From the NCBI GenBank assembly GCA_036172245.1, contig JAYWIR010000019.1:3286001-3350000 (forward strand): 64,000 nucleotides of DNA, given 5' to 3'. Numbering within the stretch: the first letter of the stretch is position 1; each line of letters opens with the position of its first letter. This DNA is from Raillietiella orientalis. Lineage: Eukaryota. This document shows, in pieces, positions 51,901 through 64,000 of the stretch. The position numbers and the translations under genes were made by a program. The notes beneath the pieces were generated by a model, which saw only the letters and a list, made by a program, of their open reading frames with translations, searched no databases and was not told the DNA's origin.

Positions 51901-54900
51901 TGAAATCAGAAAAGAACCCAAAAGGATGTCCATCTCGAGCAAGCAGCTTTGGTGGAACGATGGTGAGTTTGTCCGCACCCGAGACGAAAAAAGCCAACGC
52001 TGGAACGCTGCAGCAGTCCAAGAGGCTCTTTCGCTTCGGCTCTAGGTTCTTTCGGAGGTGCGTTGGTTCCAGCAAAGGCAGCGCGAGGAGAACAGGACGG
52101 AGCCTGCGTCCTTGGAGACTGGTCCAGTGATTTCCTCTCGCTGTGACCCGGCACTTCCGTCACTTGATCCGGCGTCCGAAAGATTCCTGGCAAACCAAGG
52201 AGCATCACGCGGACAGTGCGCGAGTCGTCGAGAAGGTCCAAGCGAGAATTTGTGTACAGTACAGTGGGAACGCAAGTACAGCATACATTCGATACAGTTC
52301 ACCTTTGCTGGAATTGCTAAAAACGTTGCCTTTGATAGAATGTTGTTGATTGTCTCAAGAGGGGTGGTGGAAATTAAAAAAAAAAATATTTTGGATAATT
52401 AAATAAAGGAAACCAAATTGCTGAACAGTAACGTGAATTTTTATAATCAAATGGGCAAATTTTAGTAACATTACAAGAGTAAAAAATAATAATGGTGTAT
52501 GGCAAATGATGATGACGATACGATATAAAATTTGATTCAAACTTCTTCACGAATGGCTGTTTCCCGTATTCTTCTCCAAACAAGAAATGCAAACCCTTTC
52601 TGACCACTCCAGAGCTGGATTGAGCGGGTGGTCAACAACTTCGCCAATGTCAAATTTTTGAACCGGGCTACTCTCATCTCAATTTTCTCTCTTGCGTGCT
52701 CCACAGGAGCGTTCGCAATGATATACAGATGATGAACACGATTTCATTGGTTTTCTCCTTCCGCCCATTCCGTAATCTCAGAGTCATTTGCTACATTTTC
52801 TCTTTTTATGGAATTGAATCGTGCTGCAATGGGTGTGTCATCTTCATCTGTGTCAAAATAGGTAAATTCAACTCAGTTTCTTCAGCTGATGAATACAAAT
52901 GCTTAAATTGCATGTAAATTTCAAACACAGCACTTTCACCTTCGTTACCTTTTCTATTTCACGTAAAATATTCAACTTTTATTGAAGACTTGATAGATTC
53001 TTATTGTTTCATATCTTTAACGCGGTTGAAAAAAGTTCCTCTTGCTGGATGGCAGAAACCTTAAAATGTTGACTATATGAAGGGTTACTTATGTCAAAGG
53101 TTCCTTTCATCAAAGGTGACTACATCGAGCGTACACCATACGAGCACTTGGTGCAGAGGATTCTCGAAAGAACGGGACGACCTTTCCCGCAGCGGCAGAT
53201 GCGTTCGGAGAAGGCAGCGCATCCTCTGCACGCGGGATGCAGGAGCCTGCCTTTCCGGTCCCTCGTTTTTGGAAGAGGAAAAAGCTCTGCGCACGGACAA
53301 TATCGTAGCCGAGGAAGTTCCGCCGAGGTGCGATTATCGCTAGTAGAAAACGTTTTTGGAAGACCCTCCCAACACCGCGCAGGAGTGGCGCCGTCCTCCG
53401 GATGCGGGACTACCGGGGGCAGCGCGGGTCTTTAGCCCTAGATGACTGGGGCAGGAACCCGCTGCGCGGTCAGCAGCTGCTGAGGCGGAGGCCGGCAGGA
53501 GGAATTACGGCCGGAGTGAAAACTCACACTTCTGTCCGGGCGCTCCGACTTTTCTGGACGCGCCCCCGGAAAAGTCGGAGTTTCTTACAAAGGCAGCCAC
53601 CGCCACCGTTAGTTTCATGCGTTTGTCGTCCGCAAAAGTGCGCGGGCAAAATTGTGCATCGACTCCTCAGCTCGCTCTTCAGAGCAGATAAAGGCACAGT
53701 TGGATGCCGAGCTTCATTACTCACAAGGCAACAGACGTTTCCCCACCATTCAGCGCAATTAGAAGATTTCCGTGGGAGCCGACTTTTCCCTCTATGACTT
53801 CCATTAGAGGTCGCAGAGAGCGTTTTTTCCTGGAGACCTCTTTCCACGAAGAGAGCAGGATGATGATGATTGGACAGGTCTTTGGAGCTTTTCCACACCC
53901 ACTGCCATTTTAGATTGGGAATAAAGTCATTCTTCCTACTCGCCTCCCCCTCCCAATTAAAGCGAAACTTGGCGAAGAAAGCACGGATCTCTCGTTCCAG
54001 CAGGTGCCTCTTGATTTCCAAGTAACATCACCACCATGTCAAAATAAAACGATTACCAGGTCCGGGTTTTGCTATCCACGGTACCTATGACCGTTGGAAA
54101 ATGGGAATTCTCTTTCGAGGCAAGCAGTCGATGGGTGTTAGCCTCTGTGGTCCACTTACAAAGGAAAGATATTCCTCTCCTGGAGAGCAAAAAGTGAAAA
54201 ACAAGGCAAACGCAGGTGCGACCTCCTCTCGTTTTCCTAAAGAAAATTCACGTGGATGGAGAAAGTGCCGCCTGAACAGCAATGCCAGTCTTTCTTCTTG
54301 TTGTTTTCCTCTCTCTGTTTCACATTGAACGCCAGCCGGAGGTCAGAAACAGTCAAGCACTTCCTGAAATCGATCGACCCTTGGCCGTGCTCCAGAAACG
54401 CCACAGGGACTCGCCGCCTTTCCGTGGATGTTCATTGCTCCCTCCCTTGAACTTATTCTGCTGCTCAGCCGGCTCCCAAGAAAGGTACGCCGACGAGGTC
54501 CTCGACAAAAAACAAAAGGTGGCGAATGAGATTTAGGGGGCTTCTCCCTGCTTCGCATTCCAAGAACTGTGATGGACCTGACCTAACCTTCCTGGAATCG
54601 ATCGATTCTCCGTCGAGCTCCAGAAACGCAACCGCGTCGTCCGGCCTAGCCGCGATGTAGAACGAGCAGATTCATTGATAAAAGCGAAAATACGGCCGGA
54701 GACCAACGTGTGCCGGACCGTATCCGAATGGACCGCCTTCGCTGAACAAGGTGGCATCGTCGCCCGTGAGTGCATTATACCGGGAGTCTGTCAAATTACC
54801 GGTACGCAGACCGGTGAGGTTCGCGACGGCAGCAGAAGGGAGGAGGCAGCCAAAAAAATAAACAAATTTGGGGGGTGAGGGAAGGGATCTCTATCTGCTG

Positions 54901-54929
54901 GCGGCAGTCCTCTGCACCTTCTGCAGGAT

Positions 54930-56500
54930 GCGACAAGCTCTTGCTGTATGGATTTGATCAAGTGCCGCCATCTCGTTGCCATCCTCATGGAGCAGACGGC
55001 AAAGTGGATGGCATCCTTTTGCGGTGCCCTCCCCTTGCGTCACTCCAGGCAGCGACTATCCCGCGCAGACAGCAGAGGACTGCTAGCGAGGCTGCCGGCC
55101 GAAGTGCGTCGCGAACGAGGAGGGATCGTAAAGCGTCCCTGGGGTTGCCGCCAGCGGTTCTTAGGGTCACGGCGAAGCGCTCCCAGAGGGGCCAGAGGGA
55201 AACATTATCCACTAGCAGGTGGGGGAGAGATCCACGTTCCCCGCACCTTCCACAGTTGGGGTCGACACATACCTCGTATCTAGTGATTCCGAGGGACGTT
55301 GCACGGGAGGCCCTAGTACAACAGCATCAGCACCGACTCCTACCACTTCAATGGGAGCGTGTGTGTGTCCAAAAGCACTGGGGACCACTGCCGGAATTTC
55401 CAGTAGCTCTTCCCAGCTCAGAAGTCCTTGTGGGGAGGGGGCATTTGGGATCACGATCTCCATGAGCCGGCCTGTCGTCCACTAGCCCAGTCCTTTCCTC
55501 CTTCTAGAGATGCTCACACTAACCTCCCATCTTGCAGCTAGGCTGCTGCCCATGTGTTCCCTGGAGAGAGGGCTGAGCTGCGGCGAGGAAGGTTCTACCT
55601 GCTCACGCACTCTTCATAAGATGTTCTAGGATCTTCCGGGGCGATCAGCCATTGCAAAAACAGCACAACAAGCGCTGCGCATGTTCCGGGCATGGCTCGT
55701 TGTGCTTTGCCCACCTGCGGACAGTTTCCTGCAACCAGGCACTACCGTTCGCTCTCGCGTTTCACGAGATCCAGCTCATGTTCTTCCTGGTGAGCGAGGC
55801 CACCCGAGGAAGCCGCAGTCCACTGTGGGAGATGTTGCAGCGACCCCCGCGCGCAAGGAAGGACGTGAATCCCCGCTGCCAGTGGCTTGCTCGACAAGGA
55901 GGCGTGCAGGATCGCACGAGGTGGTGCTCCACAACTTCTCCATGGGGGCAATTATCCGGAACTGGAACTGAAGGTCCAGGCGCTCTAGCGCCTAGATGCT
56001 GAGACCGCCGTCCCGAAGCGGAGCGCACAAGTCCTTCATTTGGACTCGGGGCCTCTCCTTGCCCCAAAGAGCGATCCTGATGAGGTCCTTCGTCCACTTT
56101 ATGATCCTCTCCGGTGAGAGGGCGGAGAGGGAAAAGACAAAAAATCAGGAGGAGCAGGTAATGAGGTGAGCCGGTAGCCAACATGATTCCCGAAGGCGTG
56201 CGCGCATCGGGTAGGTGAAGGACGAGAGCTACGGGACACGACTCATGGGTATCTCTCACGTTCCCGATCCACAGTTGTACGAGGGCCGAAGGTTTGCCTC
56301 GCGCCTTTGACATTCACTGCCGCTCTCACGTGGCAGAGAACCTGCCGGTGCGAGGAAGCAGCCGGTGAGCCTGGAGAGGCGAGCAGGTCCCCGGACAAGT
56401 CCTTGAGGGGCGCAGCGCCGGGGAGCTGCAGTGCTCTGCGACGCAATTCCATCTCCGTCCTGGCTCTCCGCATCCGAAGAACCACGGATGAGGGCACTAA
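54930..56500 (-). mobile_element. Decayed L1/Tx1-like non-LTR retrotransposon, 3' half of ORF2
   Basis: RIALWGKERPRVQMKDLCAPLRDGGLSI (cf. FxW...LxxPxxxGGL) and a C-terminal zinc-binding motif DPNCGRCGERGSLPHLLVD...LWERF. Many stops and frameshifts. Confidence 0.8.
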
Positions 56501-59500
56501 AGAAAGATTTGCTTTTCACTTCGAATGTCCTCCGGCACACTTGAAGATGACGAGGAACAGAAGAAAGACATTGGTGTATTGGAGTCAACGCCTTCTATCG
56601 AGGCACGACCAAAGGAATGGAATTTTCCATGGAAAAGGAGTACCAACTTTTGAGCGACCGATTCCTGTGACTGCTTGATCTAAATTTCCATGAATTCTCG
56701 ATAGCTGAAGTTTCGTACTTCGCCCGGCTTTTCAAAGACTGGAATGCGCACCTCCACCACATCCGGCGGCACCTCCAAAACTACCCCAGTGTTCTTGCAT
56801 TTTCCGGTGGTTTCGCTCCTGTTTCCCTCGCGGTACTGAGACCCGTAGACTGCTTCTTGGAATCGTCTTCAGTTCTTGGGATGCAACGCCGAGAGAAGCT
56901 CCCAAATCTGAATCGCGACTCTTTTTTGTTTTTTCTTGTCGAGCACCTCGTCGGCGTGGCTTCCTTGGGAGCCGGCTGAGTAGCAGAAGTTCAAGGGAGG
57001 GGGCAAAGAACGTCCGAAGAAAGACGGCGAGTCGACGGCGGTGATGCAACGGGGAAACAGAACTCAACCAAAGGTCACCACGCACGAAACAAGACAGAAA
57101 CGATCAAGTTGCCGTGTTTCGAATCAGCCAGGAGCAAAAGTGTCCGTCTGCGCATCGGCAGACGCATCTCAGGTAGGACCGTCAGAGATTCTTCTAAAAA
57201 ACAAAAAAGAGCGTGAAATGCCTGGTATGCACTGCTTCTTGATGGAGGTTTTCTCCTGGTTTAGATAGTTTATGCTTCAGATGGCGGCGCGTCGATGCTA
57301 CATTGGGCGGCGAAGACAAGAGAAGTAGGTAGTCTCTCTGGTAGAATCAGCAGCTGCTGCTGATTCTGCCAGCTTGTCGTCAAGCACGAATCCTCAGTGT
57401 CGAGCACCTCACCATTTCGGGAACCAGCAGCAGCTACCCTCAAGCGAAGGTGCCGACAACCCTCTGCACGCGAGCTCACCAAACGCCTTGGAATACAAGC
57501 TGGAACGTTTCTCAGGAGGGAAAATCGACTGACAGAAGCGGACCTCTGGGGTGCTTCTCTAGGAGGCGCGCCATGCAGCTCCAGTCCTTCGTGGACTATG
57601 CTGAACGCTTCGTCCTCCCCTACTACTCCCTCATCCTGCGCTCCCAGATGACGGTGACTCGATGCTACGCTGGCAGTTGCGCCCTCAGAGCAGTGCTCCA
57701 CAGGGAGATCGTCGACTCCCAAGTCCTTTTCAGAGAACTTCTCAGCGTCCTTATTCGGATGGACCCTGAGAGCCTTACTAAAGCTCCTGATGACCCTGTG
57801 AAGTTCGGGAATTGATGAAGACCGGTTCTGTGGACAGAAGGATCGAGCGGATGCTCACTGCCCAAATTCACTCAACTGATGCTGAAGATAGATGGATGGG
57901 AAGAATCCCAAAGGGAGTGACCTCCGCCGACCTTCTTGAGAAATTCGTCCCTCCTCTCCCTGTTCCTGGAGACTTGAGAGTAGGATGACCTTGAGTTAAA
58001 ATTGTCTATTTCACTCCTGTAAGCATTTGAAACTCTCATCTGAGTAGTTAGGAAGTCCTTCCTCATTCCCTAAAACATATTCTTCAAGAGGGCGTTTCAA
58101 GCATTTCATGGAGGGTTGCAAGGAATGAGATCAGGCAGCAGCACGCTATCAGATCGGAGATGCAAGATTTCACGTGGAGAGAGATGGTTCCAAAATGAAC
58201 ATTTCGGGCATGATAGAGAATATTTCGAGGAACATACGTCAAAGGAATGATTTAGCGTACTCCGCAAGTGCAGCAACATGGCATCTCACTAAGAAAGTTT
58301 TTTTGATTAAAATAAGTTCCACAAATACGCATCTTGTTGCAATTTATCATTAAAAACCAGAATGCATGTTGCTAGTATTGAAAATGTCCGAGGGAGAATC
58401 AATGGGAACGAACATATGGAAAGAAAAACGCCATTTTGAATCAAGGACCTATTGGAAATTTCGGTAGCTTTTCCCGCAACCCTCTTGAGGTTCTCATTTG
58501 CTTTGTGCTTCAAATGCAGCTGCTTTTAGACCGTTGGGCTTTTAACTATTTAATCAGACTTTTCCTTTCATGTGTCCTAATTACAATTCCTTCTTAGAAA
58601 GTTGAGATTTACATTAGAGGTCCACCAGCAAATGTGGTTGTGAAACTATCATTCCCTAAGAGTCTGCATGAGTTATCTATTCTTCCATGATTACTTGAGT
58701 GTTTGGTACTCATCGTTTTGTGAACCGAATCAGTGATGCAAGGTGGAAATTACTGGACAAAACTCTTCAAGTTCCTAACACAGTCATGACGTATGGAACA
58801 GGGTGGATAAGAAAATAGACAGGCCACTCAAGTTCCTAACTCGAAATGACTCGACTCTTGCTTGCCATTCCAATAACACATTGGGAATATTCCTTCTCTT
58901 CAACTGTGCGAATACTGAGGAGAAAAAGACCGTAGTAACTAGCATGGAGAAGGAGTTTTTTAACTTGTTCCCATGATGATACATTCTTCCTTCAGAATAT
59001 CACTCCTTCCTAAAAAAAAAACTTCCATATCCTTATCATTTTCCATGGATATTATGGACGTCTTTTGATCCTTATTCATCATCACCCTACTGACAATATT
59101 CTATCTTCTTATTTTCTATTCAGACTCCATTTTGGAATCCACACTCCTTCTCATCTTCTGTATCCCATAGCCTTCACGTAATTGCAGTCTCCATTCTCCC
59201 TCACTCCTTTATGCCAAATTCTTACCTCATTTCCCACCAGTATTCATGATCTTTTATTTGAACTCGTATTGGCGTTTATTATATCTTTGATGACTGTTTT
59301 TCCTTTTCTTACACTTATGATTATAGTCTTTCAATTCATGAAAGGCAAATAATTACCAACTATTAAGAAATAAGGAAATTATTCTCTAAGTAACATGACA
59401 CTTTATGCCTTCAAGAAAAAAATTTGAAAAATACATCCATTAGTGAGTTAAGCTCATTCATAGCACTAGTAGTGAAACACAGTCCTCCATTTTGAATGGT

Positions 59501-60875
59501 GCATCACCTATTCCTAAGCTAATATGATGACTGAAAAAACAAATTCTGATTCTTTTGGGGGAGGGGGGGGCACCCCATTAGTTACGCATTTCTTTCTTCT
59601 GTTAATGAGAGAAGGATACCTGATACGAACGATTCTATACAAGTTTCTATTTAGTCAGTGAATGTAAAAATTTATCGTGAATATCGTAGGAATGATGTTC
59701 ACGATGTATTTTTTCAGGTGCACGCATGATAATTTCCATGCAGGAAATATGCATTTCTTTGGTTTTTTTCATATCAGGTGTTTCAGAAATACACATGTAT
59801 AGAAGTAGTTGAGATCCAACCTAAATTTACATGAAAATTCAAGTGCAGCTGTTGATTATCTGAGTTGAAAATTTGCCGACTTCTGGCTCCATAATAATGA
59901 CTGAAAGAAAGAAGAATCTAGGCTTGTCATTGCTAGTGAAGTTCTGCATTGATCTCTTTATCGCATATTTAATTGGAAAATGAGCCATCGTGGAGGCATG
60001 CTAAAGCATTCAAGCCCTCATATATTTCCTCACAGTTGCGTTTTTTTTATTTTGAATGAATTATACACCTTGGACATAGGACGAGAAGCTTTGGTAACTG
60101 AATAAAAAGGATTACAAAGGTGTTAACGCAAAAAGGGAATTTAAAAGGTATTTCTTAATGTATGAAGTATGAAGCCCATCACAATTTGCTTGACCGTAGG
60201 ATCTATTGAAATTCTGCTAATGAGACAGCCAGAATATTAAACTGAAATACAGATCGAAACTGAATTGCATCTCATACAACACGTCACCCTCTCACTTGAA
60301 TTTCCTTGAGGATGCATTTCATATTGGCACTTAATAAGCCAAACGAATTTCGGGAAAAAAATTCTACACGAAGAATTTCAAATAGTACTTTCTAACCAGA
60401 TTCAGAAACTCTATGAAAACTGAGAATCACATTAAATTGAATTTATTTTCTACATACATGGATCATTAGATTCATGTGTTAATGTTATTAATAAAGCGTT
60501 TGACATGCAAGCTGCCAGAAGGTCAAGAACGTTAACTGTAGGTTCTCAGAAGAAAATAATGTCTGAAGAAACTAGCCCCTGATTTAGAAGGAAAACTTCT
60601 AGAACATGAAAATTAGGTCTCCGGATTTTCTAGAACATGGATCTTTAAATCAAATCTAGAGTGCCATCAGATGGTGTGCTGTCCAGATGACACAATATTG
60701 TTTATTGTGGGCTGACATGATTTGTTCCATCTTTCAGGTGTGCTGCAATCGACACAGGAAAATTGTCACTGCTATCACTCACAAAAAATATTGGTCTTAT
60801 TTGTTCAGTGAGTTTGTGGTGAACTCAGTTCACTGAGTTGTGGTCATGGGTCTAAAGCAAAAAAAAAAAACTCAC

Positions 60876-61063
60876 TGGAACTTGTTGCTCGAAATGGTGG
60901 CGAAATGCAAATGAACCATCAACTGATCCTTTGTTCGTAAGATACACGTAATTTCATTCCAACCTTTTGGCTTGGCTACCCAAGATATTTTTTCCCGAGC
61001 TTTTGATTTCGAAATGTACGAACGAACTATAGCAGGATTCGAAGAGAAACGAAATCCAAACAT
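60876..61063 (-). other. Candidate first exon of an unidentified minus-strand gene divergent from syntaxin-16
   Basis: ATG-initiated ORF MFGFRFSSNPAIVRSYISKSKAR... ends at a consensus-like donor CA|GTGAGT. Locally CpG-richer than the surrounding AT-rich DNA. A strong minus-strand acceptor (TTCTTCTTTCTTTCAG) lies at about 59901. Confidence 0.3.
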
Positions 61064-62450
61064 TTCAAAACCAAGAATTTACACTCCGTGTTGGCAGACC
61101 TTTCGAAGCTCACGCAAAATAAAAATGGAATAATTATCTGCGGCAAGCTGAGGCGGACATGTTGTCCACTGTTCACTTCTTTTTTGTTTCTAATTAATGA
61201 TGTGAAACAAACTGTTAATATGATGAGTATAGGAAATATCGACTCGGTTCTTTTTCACGGTTCTAATACAATACCGAACAGTGCATCTTTTGAGCTAACG
61301 GTTTCAGTTTCCGAAACGTCTTGACAGTTAATGAAATTGCTTTCCTAATGGAGCATTTCTACATGCATTTTATTTATTTTATAATATGACGCAGAGAAAG
61401 CGCCTTCTATCAGTGTTTTTATTTTCACAACATTTACATTGACAATTGGAAAACAGGAGCCAGTTGGGCCCTACTTTGCGTTCAGCGAGTCTTTTTTGCC
61501 GTCTTTAATGTGTACAGCCATTATGCTCTGGAATCAGGCCAAATAAATGAATCTGACCGAATTATATTTGATATATATAAAAATTTAGGTTTATAAATAC
61601 GTATGTAAGCAGTGAAACTTATCTACGATAGCCATCAATGTCCGGTTTTATGCTTGCCGTACACAATGGAAAGACACCCAATTGTAAACGTATGTTCATG
61701 GACAAAATGAGGGAATCATAGAAAAGACCTTCCCTAAGTTTAAATCATAAATTCATCTTGATGGTATTACAATGTTTTTCACATTGTTATGTGTAACTTT
61801 TCCTAGCTATGTAGGATGATTCAATAAACAGTTTCAAGTTTTACAAAACGCGTATGCAGTTTATTTTCTTATGCTTTAAATTCACACGTGTTAGGGCAGG
61901 AAAACGAAAACAGCTTTGCTTGTAGGAGTATGCTGTGCTTTAGAAAGTGATCTTTTATTCTAGAATTCGTGATTTTGAAAGTTTTTAGAAATAATTCTCA
62001 GAATATGTAAGTTCGTTTTTTAAATGCAAGGTCATAATGTACTCTGTGTTGCTTGTTTGTACTCAAATGATTATTTTTTTTATTGTAACAAAATATTTCA
62101 AATAGTGTGTCAAAGTGCTAATGAGATTGATTTGACTAGTCTTACCAGTTGCATTTACGGTTATTGTTTTTAATAAGAGTACTATAATAATGAGCTTCAG
62201 TAATTTACAAACAGTGCCCCAGAAAAAATATCATTTCCTGATGTTTCGAGAATTAATTTCTTACCATCGGCTTATCTATCTGTGTATATGTACATTGATC
62301 TTTCTATTTAAAATTTACAAAACGTTGATTCCCAATCCGGTGAATTTTGTTAAGTGTTCATTCATTACTAATTGATTATTTAATCCGGTTTGGGCCATAC
62401 AAGTGATAAGAGTTTTCAAAAACCTGTAGGTAACATCATTATTCTTGAAG

Positions 62451-62540
62451 ATGAGCAGTAGAAGTTACACAAATTTTTTTATTATTATGCGCAATAAGGC
62501 ATCCCAGAAACGTCATACACAAGAAGTTTATTATGATACA
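62451..62540 (+). CDS. STX16: Syntaxin-16-like, coding exon 1 (N-peptide)
   Basis: MSSRSYTNFFIIMRNKASQKRHTQEVYYDT resembles the Stx16/Tlg2 N-peptide MATRRLTDAFLLLRNN. Ends at a phase-0 donor ACA|GTAAGT, followed by a 79-nt intron. Confidence 0.85.
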
Positions 62541-62619
62541 GTAAGTATAGTAGAGCATGCATTCTTTCATTTAATGAAGAGATATGCTTCTCAATTTTGT
62601 CTTATTCTTAAATTTTCAG

Positions 62620-62871
62620 ACATACAGTGATGAGGTATCATTGGTAGCATCTGTGCAGAATCCTTCAGAGATTTCCAATGAGAAATTGGATGAAACAGTC
62701 TTCTCAGCCTGGTCATCTGAAATGGAGTGTATTCAGTACAATTTTTCTTGCATTCCATCTAAATTATCCGAGTTATTGCAATTGCATCAGAAACATCTAA
62801 CACAGCCATCCTTAAATGATAATTCAAAATTAGAAGCAAAAATTGACATATTGACAAATGATATTACTAAG
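62620..62871 (+). CDS. STX16: Syntaxin-16-like, coding exon 2 (start of Habc domain)
   Basis: Acceptor TTTTCAG|ACA in phase with exon 1. WSSEMECIQYNFSCIPSKLSELLQLHQKHLTQPSLNDNSKLEAKIDILTNDITK aligns to the recalled Stx16 [54 protein letters not shown]. Donor AAG|GTGGGT. Confidence 0.9.
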
Positions 62872-63743
62872 GTGGGTTACCAGCAGCTGTATGAAAGTTC
62901 TAAAAATCAGCATGCTTCAGTGTGTATTATGTTTTTATTATTCTTTTAGTTTTCATACTTATTAACTGCAATATTTATAAATTTCCTCCTCCCTCCCTTG
63001 AATGTATCATTACTTGGGAATTTTCCCTGGAACTTGGACCTTGCATGCACGTTTTTAAAACTACAATAACAAATTTATTCTTTATTTTGCAAAGACATCC
63101 CTAAGTTAGGAGATATGATCAAAAGCAGTAAATAGCATTTTGCACAAACATGAACTCAGCATATGTAATGTTTTTTCTAAAAGAGTTAAATTCAAGATTG
63201 CAGTTGTTAGTTATCTTTGTCATTGAGAAACAAAGATCATTTCGATTTGCTTCTTTAATTGGTGCTTTTTTTTTTTAGGAAATTAAGGTATAGTGTTCTC
63301 ACTGATTTCAAGTTTTGGTTTTTGCCATTTGGCTGCATCAGTTTTAAATTTGTTCTTTTCATTGTTGTCCAGAAAAATATTTCTGGGCTGTTGAGAAACT
63401 TTTTTTGAGATTTAAGAACATTTATTAACTGGCCCATTATGAAGTCTTCTTTCATGATTACTTATTGTCCATTATATTGAGATATTTGTTTAATATCCTG
63501 CATAAACAAGCATTTAATTTGCTAACTGTAACTGTGTACTTAAATTTATTACATCTGTGAAATTGCATTTTTCATGAATTGAATGAAAGCTTTTAAAGTT
63601 TCATAAAAGTCAAGTGTCCGATGTTTTAAAGTTTGGATCAATTACTTTTTATGATTTTTTTCATTTTATAGTTTTCTCATGTTTATGGAAATTTCCTTGT
63701 AAGGTCATGTTCAGCATGTGCTTAACACTTAATATTTCATCAG

Positions 63744-63806
63744 ATGCTTAGAACATTTAGAAGCTCTCAGAGACAAATGCAAATGTTTGATACTGAGGTA
63801 TTAATA
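63744..63806 (+). CDS. STX16: Syntaxin-16-like, probable short exon 3
   Basis: Acceptor TTTCATCAG|ATG. MLRTFRSSQRQMQMFDTE resembles Stx16 LFHRCQRAVQAL. Donor is either GTATTA after 63797 or GTAAGG after 63806, both phase 0. Confidence 0.55.
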
Positions 63807-63887
63807 GTAAGGATTAATAGATTTGTTATATAAATGTTCATGGTCCAAAGTAATAGATTATTAAATTAGAAATGTTTTCTTGGACAG

Positions 63888-64000
63888 ATCAGATCAGATC
63901 ATGCTGTGAATTTAAGTGTAAATTTTTACAAATAAGGGAGATTTCACAAGTTTTTGTAATATGTAATTTAGCCTTTCTTAAAAGCAATAAACAAATAAGC
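63888..64000 (+). CDS. STX16: Syntaxin-16-like, possible exon 4 (frame ambiguous, runs off window)
   Basis: IREISQVFVICNLAFLKS (63932-63985) aligns without gaps to Stx16 LQELSTSFRHAQSGYLKR. Tandem AG acceptors end at 63887, 63892 and 63897. Confidence 0.4.

Overview
Eukaryotic (metazoan, most likely arthropod; taxon is inferred) nuclear DNA. I see no bacterial operons, rRNA or CRISPR arrays. Two host genes are recognisable: a large 5' coding exon of the transcription factor grainyhead (minus strand, 11394-10378; no further grh exons found in the window) and the first exons of a divergent syntaxin-16 (plus strand, from 62451, running off the window end). Roughly 1-58000 is GC/CpG-rich and reads as a mosaic of heavily decayed coding relics: L1/Tx1-like and NeSL/Utopia-like non-LTR retrotransposon fragments, gag-like ORF1 pieces, and weaker chemoreceptor-, LRR- and zinc-finger-like relics, plus micro/minisatellites. 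After about 58000 the sequence becomes AT-rich. The most interesting observation is a dispersed repeat with three copies sharing a tRNA-like (Pol III B-box/T-arm) head joined to what looks like the start of a LINE ORF1. Also notable are an AT-rich insert bounded by a 17-bp inverted repeat, a perfect 26-bp double E-box palindrome upstream of the grh ATG, and a possible frameshift in syntaxin-16 that tandem splice acceptors could rescue. All family assignments are from motif recall, not database searches, and most ORFs in the supplied track appear spurious.
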